A DNA stretch of 64,000 nt, from NCBI GenBank assembly GCA_965649825.1, contig OZ287711.1, forward strand, positions 169,201 through 233,200, in the 5' to 3' direction. A model generated the notes under the pieces. It did no database searches, had not been told where the DNA came from, and worked only from the letters and a program-made list of their open reading frames with translations. A program made the position numbers and the translations under genes. Each line of letters starts with the position of its first letter. Positions within the stretch are counted from its first letter, which is position 1. The DNA is from Penicillus capitatus (Eukaryota; Plantae; Chlorophyta). Positions 50,701 to 60,008 of this stretch are shown piece after piece.

Positions 50701-53700
50701 ATAGGCATTCTTCAGATAGCAGGATCCGTGTGTCGATCTCCACACCCACGACTTACACTCTAGAGCAGCCACGTGTCAGAAGAGGGTTCGGTAAGCTCAT
50801 CTGCTGTCTCTTACGGGGATTCTTGCTGCAAGCCTTGCAGCAGGCGAATGGCGTCTTACGGTAGAGTGGCTTGGAATGGATGTTGTATTCCTTTGCCTGG
50901 TCTTTACCGATAGTAAAACGGCAGGACTCGGAGCCAGTCGCCTTTCCCCAGCCGCCGCCACCGAAGGTGTACATCGTCCAGCCACTGCTGATCGTCACAA
51001 TCTTCTTTGTCACGGTCGCATGCGTCTGGTAGACGTAAGATCGGCTACTCTCATCATAGGCAATGCAGTCATCGCAAGAAGTCTTCTTGTCTTTGTCGTA
51101 TTTGTTCTTAAGGAAGCACTCTTTCGTTCTTGTGTTGAATACCCATGACTTACACTCTAGAGTGCATCAGATGTTAAAAACCAGAAGAAGCAAAGTAAAA
51201 AGGTACGTACCGTTCTCTTTAGCGCATTCGTTGCAGCACTGGAAGGAGAATTTGAGTTTCAGTGGCTCGCTGTGAATGTTGTACTCGGCAGGTTGATCAT
51301 ATCCTTTAGATACTTTGCACAGTTTAGCAGCGTGATCCTTTGGCATCCAGATTCCTGTTTCAGAGGACCAGGAGAGATCCTTCTCAACAGTTCTGCCGGC
51401 ACTTCCGCCGCCGCCGCCGCCAGCTGACGTCGAGTACTTTTCTGTCAGATAGTATCCGCCGCCTTCGCTATAGCCAACACAGTCATCACAGGAAGACATC
51501 TTCGATTCATCATAGGCATTCTTCAGATAACAAGATCCGTGTGTCGATCTCCACACCCACGACTTGCATTCTAGAACCATCGAGAATTGTATAGCGAACG
51601 ATTGGACAGGTGGTCTCTTACGGGGATTCTTGCCGCAAGCGTTGCAGCAGGCGAACGGCGTCTTACGGTAGAGTGGCTTGGAATGGATATTGTATTCCTT
51701 TGCCTGGTCCTTACCGATAGTAAAACGGCAGGACTCGGAGCCAGTCGCCTTTGCCCAGCCGCCGCCACCGAAGGTGTGCATCGTCCAGCCACTGCTGATC
51801 GTCACAATCTTCTTTGTCACGGTCGCATGCGTCTGGTAGACGTAAGATCGGCTACTCTCATCATAGGCAATGCAGTCCGCACAAGGAATCTTCTTGTTGT
51901 TATCGTATTTGTTTTTAAGAAAGCACTCCTTGGAACTCGGCTTAAACACCCACGACTTGCACTCTGGAAACACATAATTCATCACAAGAAAACAAAGTAA
52001 GAGGGTACGTACCGTTCTCTTTAGCGCATTCGTTGCAGCACTGGAAGGAGAATTTGAGTTTCAGTGGCTCGCTGTGAATGTTGTGCTCGGCTGGTTGATC
52101 ATATCCTTTAGATACTCTGCACAGCTTAGCAGCGTGATCCTTTGGCATCCAGATGCCTGTTTCGGAAGCCCAGGAAAGATCCTTCTCGATAGTTCTGCCA
52201 GCACTTCCGCCGCCGCCGGCGGCGCCGCCACCTGACCCGGATGACGAAGAGTAAGTCTTTGTTAGATAGTATCCGCCGCCTTTGCTGTAGCCCACACAAT
52301 CGCTGCAGTCCTTCATCTTGGACGCATCATAAGTGTTCTTCAGATGGCAAGATCCGTGCGTCGCTTTCCACACCCACGACTTGCATTCTGTCATCCACGA
52401 AACTCAGACAAGCCCAGGTACAAAGATCGCTCACGATCGTTTTGGTTGCAGGCATCGCAGCACATGTAAGCAGAGTTGAGGAACAGCGGCTGAGGCAGAA
52501 GGTCATACTCTTTCGCCTGATCCTTGCCGAGCGAAAAGATACACGACTCCGAACCGGAGGCTTGTCCCCAACCACTTCCGCCAAACGTCAAGGCCGTCCA
52601 CTTGGAAGTCGTCGTCGTGATTGTCTTCGTCACCGTCGCATGTGTTTGGTAGACATAGGATCGGCTGTTCTCGTCGTAGGAAATGCAGTCCGCACAGGGA
52701 ATCTTTTTCGCCGCATCGTATTGGTTCTTGAGGTAGCACTCCTTGGAACCCGACTTAAACACCCACGACTTGCAGGCTGCGAACACAGACAACCGTCATG
52801 CCCGTAACGCGCTCGATGCCGCTAACCGTTTTGTTTGGCGCATTCGTTGCAGCATTGGAAGGAGAACTGGAACTTGAGTGGCTGGCTGTGGATGTTGTAC
52901 TCGGCAGGTTGATCGTGGCCCTTAGACACGCGACACAGCTTCGCTGCGATGTCCTTCGGCATCCAAATGCCAGTTTCTGAGGCCCAGGAGAGATCTTTCT
53001 GTTGGGTTCTGCTCGAGCTTCCGCCGCCACCGCCGCCGCCATGTCCCGATCCCAGTCCTGACCAACCGGAATCTCCCTGGACGAGGAAGTGTGCACCCTC
53101 CGTGCTGTAAGCCGTGCAATCGGCGCAGTCAATGTCGTTTTTGCTCTTATCGTAGTTATTCTTTAAGAAACACTGTTTCGTGGAAGCTTTCCACACCCAT
53201 GACTTGCATTCTGCCGAAACAGACCACCCGTCATCACACATACGCATCTTTCGAGGCACTTACGATCATTCTGGTTGCACGAGTTGCAGCAGATGAGTGC
53301 CGTATCGACTGTCAGCGGTTGGGGCATCAGATTGAATGCGGCAGGCTGATCAAAGCCCGTCGCAAACATACACTTGTTCGATGCATCGGCAGCTGTCGCC
53401 AGGCGAAATCCAACACCGTGACCAAAAAAGCCTTTCTCCCACTGTATCGTGTAGGTTGTCTCCGTTGTTTTTATCGTCGTCTTGTGATACGAATGGTAAC
53501 CTCCATGGCCGCTGCCACCGCCGCCGCCGCCGCCAGATCCACTCGCATAGACATACAGTTCTCCCGTTGCGCTAAAAGCGACACAGTCATTGCATTTCGT
53601 TTCCTTGCTGCGTCGATGATCAAAATTCTGTTTCAAGTAACACTCCTTCGATTGCGAATGCCATACCCACGATTTACATCCTAGACCACACCCTCCATCT

Positions 53701-55181
53701 CAATCCATACCTACGATGGCATCGATACCGCACCTGAGGTCGAGCCGCACTTATTGCAGCAGGAAAATGCATCGTTTGTGCTGACAGGCATGCCAGGCAG
53801 GTTGAAATCTTGTGGCTGGTCGAATCCAACCATCACCGTACACATCGTCTTTTCCTTTCCGGTATATCTTCCCCATCCTGTCTGCCCAAAGGCAAACTGA
53901 TACATCGCCATCTCTTGTTGCGAGAACTCATATTCCGTCTCCATATGCACCGACTTCTTCTGTCGCGCCGCCAAGCTGTAGACATACTGTTTGCCGTCCG
54001 CCGCAAAGGCAATGCATGAAGCGCAAGGAATATTGTTCCGCTCCGGTTTGTAATCGTTCTTCAAGAAACACTCCGTCGTTTCTTGCTTCCACACCCACGA
54101 CTTGCAAACTGAACACAGATCACCGCCGTTCACCCTATCCGCCCATCCAATAGCACAAACGCACCGGGATTGGTCGTGCACGAATCGCAGCACTGAAAGG
54201 AGGCAGGCAAGATCAGTGGCTTCTCCAACATATTGAACTCGGCCGGTTGATCAAAGCCTTCTTTGAATCGACAGCCTTCGCCGCCCGTCGCCTGAGCCAC
54301 CCCGGCATCGACGCCATACTTTGGCACGGAACCGAGCGACGCTTGCAGCTCCTCTTGCGAGAGCATGACGGATGGCTTCTGCGACGCAGCGGTGGACGTC
54401 TGATACTGACCGCCGCTTCCGTGACCGGCGGCGGATTCCGAATGTGAGCTCTGGGCGCTTTCGCTGTGCGTTTCCGTCATCGTCTTCGTCACTACGCAAC
54501 ACACCGACGCGTCGCCGTGCCGCCAAGCGCAACGCGTTTACCCATCGTTTGCGTTTTCCTTCCCGTGCATTGGAAGTATCTCGCGCCGCTGGGATTGGAC
54601 GCCACACAGTCGGCGCACTTCACCTGCTGCAACTGGGCGTAGGGCTTGGACTTGAGAAAACACTCCTTCGTTGCCTTGTTATACACCCATGCCTGACATC
54701 CTAACGACGGCAGCTCGACGAGATCTTTCACAAAACGGCCATACCTGCTGTCCACTTGCAGAAGAAGCAACATCCGCAAAGCTGGTCAACGTTTGGACGC
54801 GTTTCCAAATCGCCTCCGGAGAGATCGATGCCGTCTTCGATATGGCACGTCTGTTTCTCGACTAGACGACAGCACGCGACGACATCGCAAAGATCACGGC
54901 GTTTTGGCGACGTCCTTACTGCCATCGTTGTCGTCGACGACAGCACCGCTCTGACACCAAGGAGACAAACATCCACCTAAAGTCGGCGTCCGTGTCGGTT
55001 GGATGGCCACATCGACGCGACGCGCGCATGACGGGCGAAACGCCTGGCGATGAAAGGCAAAGGGTCGGTGCTTACTGTTTAGGTGTCTGGAAAGACGTGC
55101 TGTCGACTGGGGGTCAAAATTCAGCGGTTCGGCGTGTGCTGTGATCCACAGCAGGAGTAGGAGAACGAGTCGCGCAGCCAT
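41759..55181 (-). CDS. Giant secreted modular protein: signal peptide, 21 PAN/apple-like domains, SAH and acidic repeats, Ser-Pro, Gly-rich and Lys/Ala/Thr/His/Tyr-rich C-terminal regions
   Basis: MAARLVLLLLLWITAHA signal peptide; repeated C..G.DQP.......P......CC..C | C.SWVW.....C.LK......PC.DC.AY; GT-AG introns on the minus strand throughout; stop TAA at 41759-41761. Confidence 0.85.
48150..48640 (-). repeat. Coding tandem repeats: (EEEARRKA)x5 and (KEEVTVTKEEDEEGFG)x6
   Basis: 24-bp units (48511-48640) alternating two codon variants; 48-bp units (~48150-48470). Confidence 0.95.
49617..52010 (-). repeat. Three tandem ~800-bp two-exon units within the PAN gene
   Basis: Recurring ECKSWVWRSTHGSCYLKNAYDESKMSSCDDCVGYSEGGGYYLTEK and SGSESCRFTIGKDQAKEYNIHSKPLYRKTPFACC exons, near-identical at the DNA level. 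Confidence 0.9.
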
Positions 55182-55380
55182 CGTGCCGCGACGACGTGAC
55201 TGAGCAAGAACGCTGTGCGGTTTTCACGCAGAAGCAACCGGAGCAGCAAAGCACCACTGCATGCAAAAGCGCAGGGCTATACGACGAATGACGGCGCCAC
55301 GCGCATTTGTACTTCAGATTTCGCATCAAATCCGACTAATCCAATCCTGCAAATCCGGACGCGGCTTGGCGATAGGGACA

Positions 55381-56700
55381 TCAGATCGCCACGTCAGAAA
55401 TCCGTTCCATCTCGGCGGCCGTTCCCGATCGACCCGGCTGCGTTGCTACGTCATAGGGAAGGCGAAATCGAACGCAGCACATGACTTTGTATGGGGCAAC
55501 GTCGCGGACGACATGCACCTCGGCATCGATCGCCGCCCCCAAAACGTTCTCACACTTTTGTCGCATCATCTCTGGCGTCTCACTTTTTTGCATAAAAGCG
55601 TAGCAATGCACCATCGGCATCTGCTCCGCCGTCCAGTGCGCTCGATCGAAGCTGCCTCGGAACATGTCGAGGAAACCGATAGCGTACTGGGGGTAGTTCA
55701 TCACGATGTGATGACAACGTAGCGGCAGCGGCGGCGCGATGACATCGTCCATCGCAGCGTCACTCTTTTCCACTCTTCGTTTCTTTCGTCTCTCTTGAAA
55801 GGCGGCGACGTCGGCGCGGTAGTCCTCCGAAACGAACGGATCCAGATCGCCGTGGTGACCCAGCAGCACACGCATACAATGTCGTGCATCCAGGTTCAGT
55901 GGCAGCACGCGATCGACGACGGCGTTGAGAGCAATGTTGTGGCGCAGGTAGCGATAGCTGTCGGGATTGATGTCATTGGCCACGACACGGCAGCCCTTTT
56001 TGGCGGCGGGTATGGCGAAGGGCCCGATGCCAGCCATCAGATCCACGACCGTCTCGCCGGGATCAAACACATCGACCAGGCGCGTGTGCTCGTACTCCAG
56101 GCGACTGTTCCAATAGACTTTGCCAAAATCCAACCGAAATCGACAGCCGCTTTGCCGGACTTCGGTCTCGAGCGACGCATCTCCTGCCAGAACTTCGTAC
56201 TCCATCACACGGAAGGCGTTCTCCACCGTCGCCACTTTGTTGATCACCGTCTGGATGCTCGGATTCTTATCAAGCAGTACTTGACCGATGGCATGTTTGT
56301 ACGGCGCGTGTTCTGGGCGAAGATTGAGGTGTGCGATGTGGCCGATGCTCTCGAAGGCTGTCGGCGCGACGACCGTCGTCGGTAGCAGCTTCCGTATGAC
56401 TTCCGCCGCTGTCAGATGCTCGTATCCCAGTGAAAGCTCGTGATCGACCCATTCAACGTCGTCGCGCTCAAGGAGGCGCTGGACGTCCTCCGGTACGTTC
56501 TCTGCGATGTCGTCTTTCAGCAAAACGAGCCGCGTCGCATCGTTTGTGTCCTTCTGCACGGGTGGCACTCTGGCAGTCGTCAGAAGGTGATGCCGCACCA
56601 GACGACGGACGTCTTGACTGAGTCGCGACGGAACGCGGAGCGCTTTGACGCGAAGCGTACGACGAAAGGCCTCGCGATCGAGCGTTATACGTTCGGACAT
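55381..56700 (-). CDS. TRM5: tRNA (guanine-37-N1) methyltransferase
   Basis: FESIGHIAHLNL; FRLDFGKVYWNSRLEYEH; VVDLMAGIGPFAIPAAKKGC.V.ANDINPDSY; HIVMNYP; VRDVAPYKVMCC.RF.LP. Confidence 0.93.
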   Translation of the reverse strand: MSERITLDREAFRRTLRVKALRVPSRLSQDVRRLVRHHLLTTARVPPVQKDTNDATRLVLLKDDIAENVPEDVQRLLERDDVEWVDHELSLGYEHLTAAEVIRKLLPTTVVAPTAFESIGHIAHLNLRPEHAPYKHAIGQVLLDKNPSIQTVINKVATVENAFRVMEYEVLAGDASLETEVRQSGCRFRLDFGKVYWNSRLEYEHTRLVDVFDPGETVVDLMAGIGPFAIPAAKKGCRVVANDINPDSYRYLRHNIALNAVVDRVLPLNLDARHCMRVLLGHHGDLDPFVSEDYRADVAAFQERRKKRRVEKSDAAMDDVIAPPLPLRCHHIVMNYPQYAIGFLDMFRGSFDRAHWTAEQMPMVHCYAFMQKSETPEMMRQKCENVLGAAIDAEVHVVRDVAPYKVMCCVRFRLPYDVATQPGRSGTAAEMERISDVAI

Positions 56701-56752
56701 AAAAACGGACGCCAGACGCCAGAGCTGTCGCATACTGTACGACACGTCTCTC

Positions 56753-59731
56753 ATGTGGCCCCGTGTTCGACGGGCCCTGCCGATCGTCACGCGTGGCCTT
56801 CGTGGATGCTCCTACCGCGCAGAGAACTACGAGTTCGTCGAGTTTCGCAATTTGACGCAGTGGTCGGACATCGAGACGGCGATCGAATCCGTCGGCGCCA
56901 ATCTCTCGCCTGCCCATATCGGCGCCGCCTTCGCGCAGTCGCAGAAGCTCCTGCCGCGTCCGCCGCCTGCGTTTTTGCAGTTCCTGACGCAGCGGGCGAT
57001 TGAGCAGCGCCATTTACTGGACACGAAATCCGTCACCGTCATCCTTCATGCCTGTGCCGGTCTGGGGCATTTTGATCCGCAGCTGCTGGCGGCGCTGGGC
57101 GAAGTGGCCAACGAACAAGTGATGTTTATGGATTTCCACACGACGGCGAAGCTGATCCATACCTTGGGAAGACTACAGCAATCATGGAAGGCGCATTCCT
57201 CAGCCACCGCCGCCACCGCCGCCGTACCGTTCGCTCAGATGGAGTCCGTGCTGCAGGTCTTGACCTCGCGTCTGCCCACTTTCTTCTTCGCCGAGTCAGG
57301 TCACACCTTTTCTCACTCTTCTTTAAGCGGACGGTGTTGTAGGAGATGTGAGATGCGGTCGATGCTGCTACTGTTGCTTGGACTGGCCGAGTTGGAGTAC
57401 TGGCCGCCAGATCTGAGCCAAGTACTGACACGACAGATCACACATCTCACGGATCACACTCCCGACAGTCTCGCCACCATCCTCTACGCCCTTTCCCGTC
57501 TGCATTGCCGGGATGTCCAGCTGATACAGCGCCTGGCACGGGACGTCACATCACCGTCACATCTCTCACGCTTTACGTGCAGAGAACTGGCAACCGTCAT
57601 CTTCGCCATCGAGCGTCTGGGCTGCCGTTCGCACATCGTCCTGTCGACGTTGGTGGAGGAAGCGTCGAAGCCGAAGCGACTGCAAAGCTTTACAGATCAC
57701 AGTCTGGCCAATATTCTCTACGCACTGAGTCTCTCGGAGCTGCGTCCCAATGTGATGGACGTCTTTCAGGATGCGTTTCTCCGAGACCATCGACTGCAAA
57801 CGTGCAACGAGCAGGACATCGTCAGCTTGATGCATTCCCTCAGGCGGCAGCCACGTTTCGATGAACAATTTTTGGCGGCGCTGATGGCGGCGGTGACGGA
57901 AGAACGCCGATTGGAGAAATGGACGCCATCGGATGTGATCGAAATTCTCTTTGGCTTTGCGGTCTCTTCCTGTTCAGATCCATCGCCGCTTCGACCCCTT
58001 GTCGAAAAACTCAGCAAAAGGGAGGCATTGGCCGCCCTGCAGTCACATCAAATGGCCGACGCTGTGTACAGCGTAGGGGTATTGGCCCTACCGATGCCGG
58101 AAGCATTGTGTGCCCATCTACAGAACACCTCGTGGCTGTTGTCGCTCTCCCAGGTGTCGATCCTACGTGTGTTGACTGGACTGTCCCGTGGGTCACCTCA
58201 AGATCCCGCTCTCAACAGGACGTGTGCCGCGGCAGCGCTCGCTCCACGGCGACTGGGCCTCTATCCTTGCCACGAACTGACCAAGTTAGCCACGGCGTTG
58301 ACAGCGATGGGACTGCGGAGTCGAACGTTCGTGGGGCCATTGGAGATGGCAATCACAAAGGATGAGCGATTTCGGCGATGTTCTGTGACAGATCTGGCGG
58401 CGCTAACCGTCGCAATCAGCGAACTGAGACGCCGGGGCAGTCCATGCTTAACAGCGCTCTTTGCGCATCTCATGGCGAAGGACAATGTACAGAGACTGCC
58501 ACTGAAAACGCTCAGCCGTCTTCTAACGGTTGCCGGGCAGTTGGACCTTCAGGATGCGACGTGGGCCGAGGGCGTGGCGGAAGTGCTGCGCCAGCCAAAC
58601 AAGGAAGACCTTGTGGAGACACACATCGTGTCGATGGTGACCAGTCTCTGTCACATGCGACACCGCAGCGATCTTTGGTCTTCGCTCCTTCCTAAGCTCA
58701 AACAGCATCTCCTGGCAAACTACTGTCCACCGGATCTGCATCTGCAGCTTCTCAACAGCTTCGCCAGAAACATATCCAATCTGAGACACGAATTGAAGGC
58801 GTCCGGCATCGTGGAGCTGATACTCCATCAGCAAAGTCCAGAAGTGCTCAAGGAGCTTTCCGACGAAGCGCTCGGAACGTTAGCAACCTCCCTTGCGACA
58901 CTCGTCTATGCGATGCCGCCCTGGATCGATGCTATGTGTGACCAGGCCTCGGAGCGTATACAGGAGAAAGAGCTCAGGCACAAGGATGTGATACGCTTTG
59001 TGGCGGCGCTGATGGAGATCTGCTGGCGGCTGAAGGCCACGGAGCATCCCGTCTTCTCTATGGTGGAATCGCACGTGGCGAAGCTGCACGAGACGATTAC
59101 GAGCGACAGGATGTTCTCTGTCGCGCCGTATGTCTCGCACGAGCTTCTCGTCAACTTTATGTTCCTCAAAGGCGTCGAAGGAACATTCACACGCACGCAT
59201 CTGAGCAGCGGACTGGATCTGATGGTTGCACTCGAACGCGAAAGCGTGCCTGCTCCGAAGCGCCGTCTGCCGAGTGTGTTCCTCTGTCTTTTGTATCTGC
59301 AGAGATTTGGCTACCGTCCGGAGACCAACCAACAGTCCAGGCTGCTGCGTCGATCGATGGAAAGGCAGATCGAAGAGCAGATCGCGGTGACAACGGCTTT
59401 GGAGACGAGAGTTGGCGCCGCCACAGAATTGGCGGCGGATGTCGCGGAGAAGAAGTTGAAAATCGGGGCGCTGTTACGAGATCTGCATCTAAAAGTCGAT
59501 CTCCTCGACCGCCGCTGCAAAACGGTCGCACTCTTCTTGCAGCCAGGCGCCGGTCTTGATTTCGGCGGCGCGATCGAAACGGGAGACATCAAACTGAAAC
59601 GGGCGCTGCTGGAGCATCGCGGATACAACGTACAACCTCTTGCGCCGATCTCTGAACCAAAAGCACCACGTTCTGTGCTCTCAGGTGGTGACCATCAATG
59701 CCGAGGCCTTCGATGCGATGTCCTTAGATGA
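56753..59731 (+). CDS. Organelle-targeted helical-repeat protein with a C-terminal RAP-like domain
   Basis: Transit-like MWPRVRRALP; repeated 'LA.ILYALS.L' helical units; C-terminal KVDLL...TGDIKLKRALLEHRGYNV (RAP-type LKRRLL..G..V). Confidence 0.7.
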   Translation: MWPRVRRALPIVTRGLRGCSYRAENYEFVEFRNLTQWSDIETAIESVGANLSPAHIGAAFAQSQKLLPRPPPAFLQFLTQRAIEQRHLLDTKSVTVILHACAGLGHFDPQLLAALGEVANEQVMFMDFHTTAKLIHTLGRLQQSWKAHSSATAATAAVPFAQMESVLQVLTSRLPTFFFAESGHTFSHSSLSGRCCRRCEMRSMLLLLLGLAELEYWPPDLSQVLTRQITHLTDHTPDSLATILYALSRLHCRDVQLIQRLARDVTSPSHLSRFTCRELATVIFAIERLGCRSHIVLSTLVEEASKPKRLQSFTDHSLANILYALSLSELRPNVMDVFQDAFLRDHRLQTCNEQDIVSLMHSLRRQPRFDEQFLAALMAAVTEERRLEKWTPSDVIEILFGFAVSSCSDPSPLRPLVEKLSKREALAALQSHQMADAVYSVGVLALPMPEALCAHLQNTSWLLSLSQVSILRVLTGLSRGSPQDPALNRTCAAAALAPRRLGLYPCHELTKLATALTAMGLRSRTFVGPLEMAITKDERFRRCSVTDLAALTVAISELRRRGSPCLTALFAHLMAKDNVQRLPLKTLSRLLTVAGQLDLQDATWAEGVAEVLRQPNKEDLVETHIVSMVTSLCHMRHRSDLWSSLLPKLKQHLLANYCPPDLHLQLLNSFARNISNLRHELKASGIVELILHQQSPEVLKELSDEALGTLATSLATLVYAMPPWIDAMCDQASERIQEKELRHKDVIRFVAALMEICWRLKATEHPVFSMVESHVAKLHETITSDRMFSVAPYVSHELLVNFMFLKGVEGTFTRTHLSSGLDLMVALERESVPAPKRRLPSVFLCLLYLQRFGYRPETNQQSRLLRRSMERQIEEQIAVTTALETRVGAATELAADVAEKKLKIGALLRDLHLKVDLLDRRCKTVALFLQPGAGLDFGGAIETGDIKLKRALLEHRGYNVQPLAPISEPKAPRSVLSGGDHQCRGLRCDVLR

Positions 59732-60008
59732 ACAGCGCTCCTGGCTCTCGTCGCTTCTCCCCGCAGAAACCCTCGCATAGAAGCCCGACACAGCGGCCGT
59801 CATGCCTTCGTCGTTTCTTGTCACCATCCGCGTCACTGCAGACGAGGTGTGCGTCCGTTGGGTCGTTAAACGCCAGCTGGCATCGGTCTCCAGTTATCGT
59901 ACATTGTGCTATACGACGTTTCAGCTGTTCTCGTCTTGACGCGTTTCTTTATTGTCTGTCCGAATACGCATCGTAAATTTCTGTCTTCTACAGATGTATG
60001 GTCGCGCC

